Assembly: GCA_030650275.1 (NCBI GenBank)
Contig: JAUSEK010000008.1
Coordinates: forward strand, 811 to 64,810
Direction of reading: 5' to 3'
From: Candidatus Omnitrophota bacterium
GTDB taxonomy: Bacteria; Omnitrophota; Gorgyraeia; Zapsychrales; Fredricksoniimonadaceae
Length of the DNA: 64,000 bases
In this document: positions 19,296 to 31,754 of the stretch, one piece after another
How the letters are laid out: each line of letters starts with the position of its first letter
How positions within the stretch are numbered: the stretch's first letter is position 1
The notes under the pieces: model-generated
What the model was told of the DNA's origin: nothing
Database searches by the model: none
What the model saw: the letters and a program-made list of their open reading frames with translations, nothing else
Program-made: the position numbers and the translations under genes

Positions 19296-19706
19296 ATGGA
19301 TGCCGAGCAGATCATGCATGAGGGGAAATTATGGGCCGTGATCATCCGCGCCGGCCAAGTGTCCCCCGGCGTGCATTTTTTCACGCCCGATGACAATTCT
19401 TTGCAGGTGGGACGGCAAATGCGTCCCAAGGGGACCGTCATCGCGCCCCACGCCCATTGTGAAGTGAAGACCGGCCGGACCGGGTTCTTGCAGGAAGTCC
19501 TGCATATCCAGCAGGGCCGTTTGAAAACGATCTTTTATACCCATGAAGGTCAACGCCTGACCGAGCGTGTGCTGGAAGCGGGGGACACCATCCTGTTGAT
19601 CCGCGGCGGGCACGGGTTTGAGGCCTTGGACGACGTGCGCATGCTGGAGATCAAAATGGGCCCTTATGATCCGGCGAGTAAGAAAAATTTAGAGGTAAAA
19701 CCTTAA
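19296..19706 (+). CDS. Cupin-fold protein, possibly a WxcM/FdtA-like sugar 3,4-ketoisomerase
   Basis: 136 aa. Contains an APHAHCEV His motif. Sits immediately upstream of, and overlapping, the DegT aminotransferase as in fdtA-fdtB arrangements. Confidence 0.4.
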   Translation: MDAEQIMHEGKLWAVIIRAGQVSPGVHFFTPDDNSLQVGRQMRPKGTVIAPHAHCEVKTGRTGFLQEVLHIQQGRLKTIFYTHEGQRLTERVLEAGDTILLIRGGHGFEALDDVRMLEIKMGPYDPASKKNLEVKP

Positions 19707-20809
19707 TGATCCCTGTCTGTGAACCATTGCTGGCCGGCAATGAACAAAAATATGTCCTGGATTGCCTGAAAACCAGTTGGATATCTTCAAGCGGTCCTTA
19801 TCTGACAAGATTTGAGGAGGGTTTCAGCCGTTATTGCGGGGTCAAGCACGGTATCGGCGTGTGCAACGGGACAGTGGCTTTGCATCTGGCCTACGCGGCG
19901 CTGGGCATAGGGCCGGGGGATGAGGTCATTATGCCGACCTTGACCATCGCCTCAACGGTATTTTCCGCTCTCTATTGCGGGGCCAGACCAGTGTTCGTTG
20001 ATGTCCAACCGGACACATGGAATATGGATCCTGTTCAGTTAGAGGCAAAAATCACCAAGAAAACCAAGGCCATTGTGCCGGTGCATATGTACGGTCACCC
20101 CTGCGATATGGATGCGATCATGCGCGTGGCGCGCAAGCACCGCATTGCCGTCATTGAGGACGCGGCCCAAGCGCATGGGGCCCAATACAAAGGCCGCAAG
20201 ACAGGCAGTTTCGGGAAATTGTCGTGTTTCAGTTTTTACAGCAATAAGATCATCACCTGCGGTGAAGGCGGCATGGTCTTGACCGACGATGATCAGCTGG
20301 CGGAAAAATGCCGCAGTTTAAAAAACCTTTCTTTTTTAAAAGAACGCCGGTTTTTCCATAAGGACATGGGTTTTAATTACCGGATGACCAATGTGCAGGC
20401 CGCCATCGGTCTGGCGCAGTTGGAGCAGATCGATGACATGATCGCCCGGCGCCGGCGGAACGCGCGTTTGTATAATGAATTATTATCCGGCATTGAGGGC
20501 TTGGTCCTTCCGACGGAAAGACCGGATGCGCGCAATGTGTATTGGATGTATGGCGTTGTTGTTGACAGGTCGTTTGGTGTCAGCCGTGATGTTTTGATGA
20601 AGAAACTGTCGAAAAAGGGCATTGAGACCCGCACATTTTTTATCCCCATGCACGATCAGCCGGTATTAAAAAAGGCGGGCTGCGCCGATCACAGGAAATA
20701 TCCTGTTTCCGAACGTCTGGGCCGCTGTGGATTCTACCTGCCTTCCGGCAGCGGGCTTAAGCCCAAGGAGATCGCATACATCGCAAAATGCCTTAAAGCG
20801 GTCAGATGA
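19706..20809 (+). CDS. DegT/DnrJ/EryC1/StrS-family PLP-dependent sugar aminotransferase
   Basis: FSFYSNKIITCGEGGMV (Lys-PLP region); TAATG overlap; 367 aa. Confidence 0.85.
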   Translation: MIPVCEPLLAGNEQKYVLDCLKTSWISSSGPYLTRFEEGFSRYCGVKHGIGVCNGTVALHLAYAALGIGPGDEVIMPTLTIASTVFSALYCGARPVFVDVQPDTWNMDPVQLEAKITKKTKAIVPVHMYGHPCDMDAIMRVARKHRIAVIEDAAQAHGAQYKGRKTGSFGKLSCFSFYSNKIITCGEGGMVLTDDDQLAEKCRSLKNLSFLKERRFFHKDMGFNYRMTNVQAAIGLAQLEQIDDMIARRRRNARLYNELLSGIEGLVLPTERPDARNVYWMYGVVVDRSFGVSRDVLMKKLSKKGIETRTFFIPMHDQPVLKKAGCADHRKYPVSERLGRCGFYLPSGSGLKPKEIAYIAKCLKAVR

Positions 20810-22053
20810 AGATAATCTTAGCGGCCAAAAGCGTTTATCCCTTCCATCCCTTCGGCGGCGTTCAAAAATACGTTTATTATTTTGCAAAGCATTTGCTTCA
20901 AGCGGGCGTTGACGTTGAGATCATCGCCCCTCTTGATGACGGCAAACCCCGGACGGAATATTTTGAAGGCATCCGATACACGCTCATTGGACCCCGCATT
21001 TCTTCCTATTTGGAGCTTCCCGTCGGGTGGCTGGGGGTGCACTGGTTCGCCCGTGATCTGGCGCGTTATTTAAAAGACAAGCCCTTCGACATCCTGCACA
21101 GTTTTGATATGACCGGGCTGTATTACCTCAATGTTCCCGGCCGTAAACCGGTCATCGCCCATATTTTTTCCGACAATTATTTATGCAATCCGATCACGGT
21201 CACCGGATATTTGAGCCTGTTCGGTTATAAGCCCCACGATATCAAGAAAACCAAGATAGCCCTTTCCCCGTTCGCCGGCTTAAAGGCCATTGCGCAGTAT
21301 CCCGCCCAGTATTTTTTCAAGACCAAACCCATGCACCGGTATCTGACCGGATGTGAGCGGGTGTTTTTGGAGGATGAATATTTCCGTGAGGAAGTTGTGC
21401 GCTTGTTCCGGCTGGACCCTGCCAAGGTGCGGGTCATTCCCGTCGGGGTGGATGTGGGATATGCGCGCAAACAGATGGAAGCCGCGGCCCTGACCAGAGC
21501 GCAGCTTGGTTTTTCCGAAGACGATCTGGTCTTATTGACGGTCAACCGTTTGGCCGCGGACAAAGGGATCGACAAGATCATTTTAGCGCTTAAGACCATA
21601 CGCCTGAGCCTTCCCGCGGCAAAACTGGTGATCGTAGGCAAGGGGTATCAGGAACAGGAACTGTTGTCGTTGATCAATGCCGGCGGATTGAAGGAACATG
21701 TCCGGCTGTTTAAAGATGTCCGGGAAGAGGACCTTTATGCGTATTACAAAATTTCCGATTTGTATCTATGCGCTTTTTCTTTTCCCGGTTCAAGCATCAG
21801 CACATTGGAGGCCATGGCCGCCGGCTTGCCGGTCGTGACCACGGCCCAGCCATGGCTGGTTCCCGCGGGCCGTAACGGGATTTTCATCCCTGATAACCAA
21901 CCGTCTGCCATCGCGCAAGCCGTTATGAGTTTGGCGGCAGGGGATTTGAAGGCCAAAGCCGCTGTTTCTTTAGACCTTGCCAAGAATTACGATTGGCCGC
22001 AGATCGCCCGCCGCGCCCAGGGGCTTTATCAAAAGATTTTGTCTAATTCGTAA
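20806..22053 (+). CDS. Glycosyltransferase family 4
   Basis: STLEAMAAGLPVVTT; FGGVQKYV N-terminal GT4 motif. Confidence 0.75.
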   Translation: MKIILAAKSVYPFHPFGGVQKYVYYFAKHLLQAGVDVEIIAPLDDGKPRTEYFEGIRYTLIGPRISSYLELPVGWLGVHWFARDLARYLKDKPFDILHSFDMTGLYYLNVPGRKPVIAHIFSDNYLCNPITVTGYLSLFGYKPHDIKKTKIALSPFAGLKAIAQYPAQYFFKTKPMHRYLTGCERVFLEDEYFREEVVRLFRLDPAKVRVIPVGVDVGYARKQMEAAALTRAQLGFSEDDLVLLTVNRLAADKGIDKIILALKTIRLSLPAAKLVIVGKGYQEQELLSLINAGGLKEHVRLFKDVREEDLYAYYKISDLYLCAFSFPGSSISTLEAMAAGLPVVTTAQPWLVPAGRNGIFIPDNQPSAIAQAVMSLAAGDLKAKAAVSLDLAKNYDWPQIARRAQGLYQKILSNS

Positions 22054-22074
22054 AATCAACTATAATAACCCCTT

Positions 22075-22827
22075 ATGCACGAACGGGTTAATATTCTAGG
22101 CGTGCGCGTCAGCGCCCTTAACGTGGATCTGGCCTGTCGGGAAATTGAGGGCTGGGTCAAAGAGCGGCGCAAAAGCTATGTGTGCGTGGCGCCGGTTTCC
22201 ACCATTGTGGATTGCCAGCACGACAGCGCTTACAGGGACCTGGTCAATGCCGCGGACATGGTCACGCCCGACGGTATGCCGGTGGCATGGCTGGTCAGGT
22301 CCAAGGGCTATCCTTATGTTGAGCGTACTTATGGTCCGGACCTGATGCGTATTCTTTGCCGCCGCCCGGGGCTGCGTCATTATTTCTTTGGCGGTACCCC
22401 ACAGGTCCTCAAAGGGCTTGAACAATGTTTGAGAAAGGATTTTTCCGGCATTGCTATTGCCGGCAGGATTTCCCCGCCGTTTCGTCCCCAGGCCCAATTG
22501 GAAGATGAACAGACAATAGCAGCGATCAACCAGGCCAGGCCGGACATCCTCTGGATCGGTTTGGGTTCTCCCAAACAGGATTTCTGGATGAAGCTCAACC
22601 GGGACCGTTTGGAGGTGCCGGTCATGGTCGCGGTGGGCGCGGCATTCGATTTTCTGGCAGGGGCCAAACCCCAGGCCCCGCGCTGGATGCAAAGGGCGGG
22701 TTTTGAATGGTTGTTCCGTTTGTGTTGTGAGCCCAAGCGGTTATGGAGACGCTATTTGGTCGGCAACAGCTTATTTGTATACTATTTATTAAGGTCATTG
22801 TATAATAACTCCTTTTCCAAGCATTAA
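22075..22827 (+). CDS. WecB/TagA/CpsF-family glycosyltransferase (GT26)
   Basis: NILGVRVSALNVDLACREI N-terminus; 250 aa. Confidence 0.75.
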   Translation: MHERVNILGVRVSALNVDLACREIEGWVKERRKSYVCVAPVSTIVDCQHDSAYRDLVNAADMVTPDGMPVAWLVRSKGYPYVERTYGPDLMRILCRRPGLRHYFFGGTPQVLKGLEQCLRKDFSGIAIAGRISPPFRPQAQLEDEQTIAAINQARPDILWIGLGSPKQDFWMKLNRDRLEVPVMVAVGAAFDFLAGAKPQAPRWMQRAGFEWLFRLCCEPKRLWRRYLVGNSLFVYYLLRSLYNNSFSKH

Positions 22828-22842
22828 ATTTATACATCGCCT

Positions 22843-24260
22843 ATGCGCTCCCGAAAAGAATATTTGATCATCCGTTCCATTTACGCGGCCATTGACCTTT
22901 TTTGCGTCTTTTTGGCCTTTTATCTGGTCTGCTGGTCCAGGCGGGCGACCCTGCCATTTACCGTAGACCTTCCGGGTTTTTTGGGAGAAGACAATCCTTT
23001 TAAATCGGTCTTCCTTTTATGGGCCGCGGTCGTTTTATTTTTTAACCAGACGCATGGGTTATATAAGACCCACCGGGAACAGATGGAAGGGTTGGAGATC
23101 TGGGAAGTCGTCAAATCCATTTTTGTCTCCACGTTAGTCATCATCACGCTGGCCTATTTGTTCAAGATCCAGGATTTTCCCCGCGGCGTCATGATCTTAA
23201 ACGCGCTGGTCATTGCCCTGTTTTGCTCGATCTGGCGGGTGTTTAAGAAACTATTGGTCAATTATCTGGCACGGCGCGGCTATAACAATTTTAACGCCGT
23301 GATCATCGGGGCCGGCAAGGTGGGCGTATTGCTGGCCGAGGAGATCAAAAAGCGTCCCGCGCTGGGAGTTAAAATTGTCGGTTTCCTGGATGATTATAAA
23401 ACCGGAACGTGCGGCAGCGGTCCCTGGCCGGTTTTGGGGCGCATTGATCAATTTTCTGCCATTACCCCCAAATCGTTCATCAACAAAATGTTCATCACCA
23501 TTCATCATAACAGCGACGTGTTCGTGCGCCTTCTGGAGCAGGCGCGGGGATTGGGGGTGGCGGTCCGTGTCGTTCCCCAAGGGTATGAATGGATGGTCCA
23601 TGATCCGGCTAAATATAATATAGGGATCATTCCGGTCCTGGAATATTGGGATGTTGATGTCAATTACCGTTTGCGGGCCAAACGTTTTTTTGATCTCTGC
23701 CTGGCCTGGATCATTTTTTTATTCCTGTCGCCGGTATTGGCTGTCATTGCCGTGCGCATCAAACTCGACAGTCCGGGACCGGTCTTTTACAAGTCCAGGC
23801 GCTATGGCCTGTGCGGCAAGGTCTTTCCTATGTATAAATTCCGCAGCATGGTTTGCAACGCGGAGGAGATGTTGTCCCAGCTCAAAGATAAAAATGAAGT
23901 GGACGGGCCTATTTTTAAGATACGCAAAGACCCGCGGATCACGAAATTCGGGACGTTCTTGCGCAAATACAGTCTGGACGAACTGCCGCAGATCCTCAAC
24001 GTCATCAAGGGGGACATGAGTTTGGTCGGGCCCAGGCCTTTGCCCGTGGAACAGATCGAGAAAGAAGACCTGCAGCAATTCAAACGCCTGGAAGTGCGCC
24101 CGGGGATCACGGGCTTATGGCAGATCCGCGGCCGTAGCGACCTGCCTTTTGTGCGCCTGGTCAAGTGGGACATTTGGTATATAAATAACTGGTCTTTTGG
24201 TTTGGATTTGTATATATTGTTCCAGACTTTGCCGGTCGTGCTGAAAGGCAAAGGGGCCTA

Positions 24261-24264
<4 letters not shown>
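22843..24264 (+). CDS. Polyprenyl-phosphate hexose-1-phosphate transferase (WbaP/CpsE-like initiating 'bacterial sugar transferase')
   Basis: N-terminal TM helices. The C-terminal domain has [41 protein letters not shown]...KFRSM. Confidence 0.85.
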
Positions 24265-26215
<1,951 letters not shown>

Positions 26216-26228
26216 TCAAAATAATTCT

Positions 26229-27581
26229 ATGGACCAGAGAAATATGATCGTATGGCTGGATCGTTTGATCCGGGGTTCTTTTTACATTTTGATCTTTTGC
26301 CTGCCTATTTCCATCGCGCTGGTGGAGTCCTTTTCTGGATTCGCGATCTTTTTTCTTGCTCTCAAGCGTGGGTTGGCCTTTGCGAAGGCCGGCGGCGGGC
26401 TCTGGCCGCGCGTGCGGGATTTTTTTGCTCCGCCCATCAGCTTCCTTGACCGTCCTTTAGGTTTTTTTATTGCCGCGACCGCCCTTTCCGTTGTTTTTAG
26501 CCAGCATCATCAGTTGAGCATTGTGGCATTTTTCGGGAAAACATTGCAGGGGTTCTATGTGTACAGCGCTTTTTTGGAGGCGTTCACGGACACGGATTCG
26601 GTGGATAATTTCATTTTTGTCTGGTTTGCTTCGGCCCTGATCACGGGATCAAGCGGTTTATTCCAGTATTTTTTCGGCCATGATTTTTTGCGCAATACCG
26701 CGCTGGTGGGCGGCCGTGTTTCATCGTCCCTGCGTCACGCCAATGATTTTGGCGCTTATATCGTTGCTGTCTCCCCCTTGCTTTTGGTCCTGTTGCTGCG
26801 TTGGAAAGCATTTTGCACGCAGTTAGACAGCAGGCCTTCCTGGTGGGTGCGCGTTTTTCTTTTAGCCGCGTGTCTGGTGCTGGTCGTGTGCCTGGGGCTG
26901 ACCTTTTCCCGCGCTTCATGGATCGCTTTTTTCGCGGCCATTGTGCTGGGAGGGCTTTCTAAAAGAAAGAACACGCTCATTGTTTTCCTGATCATCATGG
27001 GATTTATTGTGGTTTTTATGCCGATCATGGTCAAGACCCGCAACGCGCCTTTGATCACGGATGGTGTCCGCGCCCAAACGGACAATATGAGCCAAACCGC
27101 CAAAGACCACGGGATCTTTTCCAAGGAATATATTCAGACCCTTCTCAAGGGCACGGTCAGCCCGGGGATGGGCAGGTCCTCGTATTGGCGTGAAGCGCTG
27201 GGGATCATTTATGATCATCCGGTGTTTGGGGCGGGGTTAAACACTTATTCCCGTGTTGCTCCGGCGTATAAGATCGGTTGGGGCGGGTATCCGCACAATT
27301 CCTATCTGCAGATCGCGGCGGAACTGGGTTTGGTTGGGTTAGGCGCGTTCTTATGGATGCTCTGGACATTTTTTAGAGGATCATTTCAATGCATCAACCG
27401 GATGCCGGTCGGATATCTGCGCTGCGTTTTGATCGGGACCCTGGCCGGATTTTTCGCGTATTTGGTCCAGAGTTTTTTTGATACCACATTTTACTCGGTG
27501 CAATTGTCCATGTTTTTATGGATCATGATGGCCCTGGCTGTGGCTGTCCAAAAGATCTTCCGGAGCCAACCCGCCCTATGA
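26229..27581 (+). CDS. O-antigen ligase/polymerase-like (Wzy_C) polytopic membrane protein
   Basis: >10 TM helices. LTFSRASWIAF Wzy_C-like motif. The start at 26229 or 26244 is uncertain. Confidence 0.6.
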   Translation: MDQRNMIVWLDRLIRGSFYILIFCLPISIALVESFSGFAIFFLALKRGLAFAKAGGGLWPRVRDFFAPPISFLDRPLGFFIAATALSVVFSQHHQLSIVAFFGKTLQGFYVYSAFLEAFTDTDSVDNFIFVWFASALITGSSGLFQYFFGHDFLRNTALVGGRVSSSLRHANDFGAYIVAVSPLLLVLLLRWKAFCTQLDSRPSWWVRVFLLAACLVLVVCLGLTFSRASWIAFFAAIVLGGLSKRKNTLIVFLIIMGFIVVFMPIMVKTRNAPLITDGVRAQTDNMSQTAKDHGIFSKEYIQTLLKGTVSPGMGRSSYWREALGIIYDHPVFGAGLNTYSRVAPAYKIGWGGYPHNSYLQIAAELGLVGLGAFLWMLWTFFRGSFQCINRMPVGYLRCVLIGTLAGFFAYLVQSFFDTTFYSVQLSMFLWIMMALAVAVQKIFRSQPAL

Positions 27582-28762
27582 ATAAACAGACGGTCAAAGA
27601 CGTCATTTTAAAGGGCAAAAGGGTCATGATCCGCGTGGATTTTAACGTGCCTTTGGATGAGCATTTTCATATCACCGATGACCGCCGCATCAGCGCGGCT
27701 TTGCCCACTATCCGCTACGCGTTAAAGCAGGGGGCCGCAAAGGTCATTTTGATGAGCCATCTGGGCCGGCCCAAGGGCACTGGTTTTGAAGCGGTGTTCT
27801 CGCTCAAACCCGTGGCTGTCCGTTTGCAGGAACTGTTGAAAGAGCCCGTTACATTTTTGAATGACTGCATCGGGCCTGCGGTCAAGGACGGTGTTGCCCA
27901 GGCCAAGGCCCGTGTCGTGCTTTTAGAAAATTTGCGTTTCCATAAAGAGGAAGAGAAGAATGACCCTGCTTTCGCCAAAGAGCTGGCTTCCTTGGCCGAT
28001 ATTTACGTGAATGACGCGTTCGGCACCGCGCACCGCGCCCACGCCTCCACAGCCGGGATTACCGCGTTTTTGCCGTCGGCGGCCGGGTTTCTGATCGAAA
28101 AGGAACTGCAATATTTGGGCAGCGCCATCAATGACCCCAAGCGGCCGCTGGTTGTTATCTTAGGCGGGGCCAAGGTCTCGGACAAGATCGCGTTGATCAA
28201 GAATTTGATCCCCAAGGCCGATGCCATCATCATCGGCGGGGGCATGGCGTACACGTTCCTGAAAGCCCAGGGCAAAAGCATCGGCAATTCCAAACTGGAA
28301 GCGGACAAGGTGGGGATGGCCGGGGAGCTTCTTAAGCAGGCCGAAAAAGCCGGCGTTGAAATGGCGCTGACCATTGATTTCGTCATCACCCAAAGTTTTA
28401 CCAGCGACGACTGCAAAATTTCCGATACCATTCCCGACGGGTGGGAAAGTTTGGACATCGGCCCCAAGACCCGCGAACGGTATAAGGCCATTTTGTCCAA
28501 GGCCAGGACCGTGGTGTGGAACGGTCCGCTGGGTGTTTTTGAGCGCGATGCTTACGCCAAGGGCACAAGGGCCATTGCCGAATACCTGGCGTCTTTAAAA
28601 GATGTGACGGTGATCATCGGCGGCGGGGATTCGGCGGCCGCGGTGGCCAAATTCGGTTTGGAAGACAAGATGACCCACATTTCCACCGGCGGCGGGGCTT
28701 CGCTGGAATTTTTGGAAGGCAGGGAATTGCCTGGCATTGCCGCTTTGAATAATAAACCGTAA
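27578..28762 (+). CDS. pgk: Phosphoglycerate kinase
   Basis: [27 protein letters not shown]; ATGA overlap with the Wzy-like gene; 394 aa. Confidence 0.9.
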   Translation: MNKQTVKDVILKGKRVMIRVDFNVPLDEHFHITDDRRISAALPTIRYALKQGAAKVILMSHLGRPKGTGFEAVFSLKPVAVRLQELLKEPVTFLNDCIGPAVKDGVAQAKARVVLLENLRFHKEEEKNDPAFAKELASLADIYVNDAFGTAHRAHASTAGITAFLPSAAGFLIEKELQYLGSAINDPKRPLVVILGGAKVSDKIALIKNLIPKADAIIIGGGMAYTFLKAQGKSIGNSKLEADKVGMAGELLKQAEKAGVEMALTIDFVITQSFTSDDCKISDTIPDGWESLDIGPKTRERYKAILSKARTVVWNGPLGVFERDAYAKGTRAIAEYLASLKDVTVIIGGGDSAAAVAKFGLEDKMTHISTGGGASLEFLEGRELPGIAALNNKP

Positions 28763-28786
28763 GGGCGATTATTAATCGCCCCTACA
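28763..28786. repeat. Palindromic 24-nt element GGGCGATTATTAATCGCCCCTACA (copy 1, intergenic between pgk and tpiA)
   Basis: Hairpin with an ~8-10 bp stem and ATT loop; identical 24-mer at 40630..40653. Confidence 0.8.
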
Positions 28787-28800
28787 GACGGACAATCAAT

Positions 28801-29574
28801 ATGCGCACACCTATCATTGCCGGAAATTGGAAATTGAACAAAACCTCCCGCGAGGCCATTGTGCTCGTGGAGGAGCTAAAGCGCGAGGTGGCAGATTTAG
28901 AAGGCGTGGACATTGTTGTGTGCCCGCCGTTCACCGCGCTTGAAAGCGTCAGTGAGGCCCTGATCGAGACCAATATCGCCGTCGGCGCCCAGAATGTGTA
29001 TTGGGCTGACAGCGGCGCTTTTACCGGCGAGATCTCGGCGCCCATGCTCAAAGATTTTGGTGTTCAATATGTCATTGTCGGCCATTCCGAGCGCCGCCAG
29101 TATTTCGGGGAGACCAATGAAACGGTCAATAAGCGCCTGCGCGCGGCCCTGGCCCATGGCTTGACGCCCATTGTTTGTGTGGGTGAGAATTTGGCCGAAC
29201 GCGAGGCCGGTAAGACCTTTGCCGTCATCCAGACGCAGGTCCAGGGATCTTTGGCGGGCCTGACATTTGATGAAATGAACAAGATCGTCGTGGCCTATGA
29301 ACCGGTGTGGGCCATCGGCACGGGCAAGACCGCGACACCGTCCATGGCGCAGGAAGTCCACGCGTTTATCCGCGGCCTTTTGGCAAAAATTTTTAATCCG
29401 GACACGGCGCAGTCCGTACGCATCCAGTATGGCGGCAGTGTTACGCCGGAAAACATCGCCGCGCTCATCAGCCAGCCCGACATTGACGGCGCTTTGGTGG
29501 GCGGGGCCAGTTTGAAAGCGGCTTCTTTCGCGGCCATTGTTAAAGCGGCTTTAAATAAAGATGTTAAACTCTAA
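28801..29574 (+). CDS. tpiA: Triose-phosphate isomerase
   Basis: [15 protein letters not shown]; [15 protein letters not shown]. Confidence 0.9.
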   Translation: MRTPIIAGNWKLNKTSREAIVLVEELKREVADLEGVDIVVCPPFTALESVSEALIETNIAVGAQNVYWADSGAFTGEISAPMLKDFGVQYVIVGHSERRQYFGETNETVNKRLRAALAHGLTPIVCVGENLAEREAGKTFAVIQTQVQGSLAGLTFDEMNKIVVAYEPVWAIGTGKTATPSMAQEVHAFIRGLLAKIFNPDTAQSVRIQYGGSVTPENIAALISQPDIDGALVGGASLKAASFAAIVKAALNKDVKL

Positions 29575-29716
29575 GCCCTAAATTCTAAACTCTAAACAAA
29601 TTCAAATGACCAAATGTTCCAATGACCCAAACGTTTTGAATTTTGTTCTTTTGAATTTTGATATTGTTTAGGATTTAGAGTTTAGGATTTAGAGTTTAAT
29701 CTTAGGAGACCAATTT
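29575..29716 (+). other. Structured intergenic region: imperfect long inverted repeat flanking a ~70-nt core with nested hairpins. Possibly a small RNA or regulatory element.
   Basis: Left arm CTAAATTCTAAACTCTAAAC. The right arm is a tandem GTTTAGGATTTAGAG x2. The core has CAAATGACC/CCAATGACC direct repeats and TTTTGAATTTT x2. Confidence 0.4.
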
Positions 29717-30067
29717 ATGGGATTTGTCCTTTTTATCCACGTTACGGTGTGCGTTCTTCTGGTCATTTCCATCCTCATGCAGGCTGGCAGGGGAGGCGGC
29801 CTGGCCGAGAGTTTTGCTTCGGCGGAGTCCATGTTCGGCACGCAGACCAATGCGTTCATGGTGCGCGTCTCGACGGTTTTGGCCCTGATTTTTCTTGTGA
29901 CGTCCTTGATCCTGGCGTTCAACGCTTCAAAGAAGGAAAGATCTCTGATGACCAATGATCGGCTTTTGCCAAAGGCCCAGGAAACCAAACAGCCGGCTGT
30001 CACTGTTACGCCGGTGACGCCAGCTCCGGCGGCAACAACAGTGCCGGACAGCACCCCCAAGCCCTAA
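29717..30067 (+). CDS. secG: Preprotein translocase subunit SecG
   Basis: MGFVLFIHVTVCVLLVISILMQAGRGGGL. Confidence 0.8.
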   Translation: MGFVLFIHVTVCVLLVISILMQAGRGGGLAESFASAESMFGTQTNAFMVRVSTVLALIFLVTSLILAFNASKKERSLMTNDRLLPKAQETKQPAVTVTPVTPAPAATTVPDSTPKP

Positions 30068-30068
30068 T

Positions 30069-31748
30069 GTGAAAATATTTTTTTCCGCATTTTTATTTTT
30101 ATTTCTGCTGTCCATGCCCGCCGGGGCGGTCCAAAACCGTTACGGCGGGCAAATTGTTTTAGCCGTATCTTCCGACCCCAAGACCTTCAATGAGATCGTG
30201 GCCAGCGAGACCTCGAGTTCCGCGGTCACCAACATGCTTTTTGAAGGGCTCACCACCACCGATGCGTTCACCCTGAAAGTTATTCCCAATCTCGCCGCCT
30301 CCTGGCAGGTGAGTCCCGACGGGCTGACGTGGACGTTTCATTTGCGCCCCGGTGTGACGTGGTTTGACGGAAGGCCTTTTGGCGCGGACGACGTGGTCTT
30401 TACCTTCAATGACCTCATTTACAATCCCGATATCCCGTCTTCTTCGCGCGACGTGTTCACCGTGGACGGCAAACCGTTTGTGGTCCAAAAGGTGGATGAT
30501 CTGACGGTGCGTTTTATCCTGCCGGTCAGATTCGCGCCGTTTTTGCGCGGCATGTCCCAGCCCATTTTACCCAAACATAAACTGGAGGGGCCGCTGAAGG
30601 CGGGCAAGTTCGCCTTCACCTGGGGTATTGATACTCCCCCTAAGGACGTCGTCGGCACAGGATCATTTTATCTGGACCAATACGCTCCCGGCGAACGGCT
30701 GGTTTTCAGGCGCAACCCGCATTATTGGAAAAAGGCCGGTAACGGGGATGTCCTGCCGTATCTGGACAAGGTGGTCTTTTTGATCATCCCCGACGCGGAC
30801 GGCCGGCTTTTAAAATTTCTGGACGGACAATTGGATCACGTGGATCTGCGCGGGGCAGATTTTCCTTTGCTTAAGCCCCTGGAGGCAAAAAGAAATTTTC
30901 ATATTTATGACGCCGGCCCCGCGTTCGGGAGCAATTTTATCGCGTTCAATCAGAACGCGCGCGCAAATCCCAAAACCGGCAAGGCGTTTGTGGACCCGGT
31001 GAAATTGTCCTGGTTCACGGACGTTAATTTCCGCCGGGCCGTGGCCCATGCCATTGACAGGCCAAAGATGATCGAGATCCTGGCCAACGGGCTGGGCACG
31101 CCCCAATACGGCCCCATGAGCCCGAGCTCCGGGTTCTTTTACAATCCCAGGACGCCTTCCTACAATTATGATCTGGATAAGGCCCGGCAGTATCTGGCCG
31201 CGTCCGGTTTTAAAGAACGCAACGGCCGCCTTTATGACAGCAATGGCGATCCCGTCGAGTTCAACCTTTATACCAACGCGGGGGAGCGCACCCAGATCGC
31301 GGCCATGGTCCGCGCGGACCTGGAACATTTGGGTATGAGGGTGAATTTGCTGACGCTTGAGTTCAACGCCTTGGTCGCTAAACTTATGTCTTCCTATGAT
31401 TGGGATGCCATCATTTTGGGTTTGACCGGCGGGATAGAGCCGCATTTCGGCAAGAACGTGTGGCATTCGTCCGGCCAATTGCATTTGTGGGGTCCCAAGC
31501 AGGAGGTGCCCGCGACCGCGTGGGAGAAACGGCTTGATGACATTTTCACCGCGGGCGTGCAGGAACTCAACGAGGACAAGCGCAAGGTCCTTTACGACGA
31601 GTTTCAGATGATCGCCGCCCAGCAATTGCCCGTGGTGTACACGTATCTGGACGACAATCTCTTTGCCGTGCGCGACCGTTTCGGCGATCTCAAACCTTCT
31701 GCTTACGGCGGGGCATTGCATAATCTGGAGGAGATTTACGTAAAATAA
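30069..31748 (+). CDS. ABC transporter substrate-binding protein, family 5 (oligopeptide/dipeptide/nickel type); GTG start
   Basis: Signal peptide MKIFFSAFLFLFLLSMPAGA; 559 aa SBP-5 architecture. Confidence 0.8.
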   Translation: MKIFFSAFLFLFLLSMPAGAVQNRYGGQIVLAVSSDPKTFNEIVASETSSSAVTNMLFEGLTTTDAFTLKVIPNLAASWQVSPDGLTWTFHLRPGVTWFDGRPFGADDVVFTFNDLIYNPDIPSSSRDVFTVDGKPFVVQKVDDLTVRFILPVRFAPFLRGMSQPILPKHKLEGPLKAGKFAFTWGIDTPPKDVVGTGSFYLDQYAPGERLVFRRNPHYWKKAGNGDVLPYLDKVVFLIIPDADGRLLKFLDGQLDHVDLRGADFPLLKPLEAKRNFHIYDAGPAFGSNFIAFNQNARANPKTGKAFVDPVKLSWFTDVNFRRAVAHAIDRPKMIEILANGLGTPQYGPMSPSSGFFYNPRTPSYNYDLDKARQYLAASGFKERNGRLYDSNGDPVEFNLYTNAGERTQIAAMVRADLEHLGMRVNLLTLEFNALVAKLMSSYDWDAIILGLTGGIEPHFGKNVWHSSGQLHLWGPKQEVPATAWEKRLDDIFTAGVQELNEDKRKVLYDEFQMIAAQQLPVVYTYLDDNLFAVRDRFGDLKPSAYGGALHNLEEIYVK

Positions 31749-31754
31749 TAAGAT

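Noticed and set aside
29670-29705. Tandem GTTTAGGATTTAGAG repeats as a possible CRISPR array
   Set aside because: Only two direct copies are present, with no spacers or further repeats and no cas genes. It is more consistent with the arm of an inverted repeat.
30810-31721. 303-aa minus-strand ORF, plus similar long minus ORFs at 36134..36766, 43939..44583, 46664..47296 and 61291..62385
   Set aside because: Each lies entirely antisense to a well-supported + strand gene (ABC SBP, membrane protein, smc, lepA). They have GC-rich shadow-frame composition (Arg/Gly/Ala/Pro-rich) and no start context.
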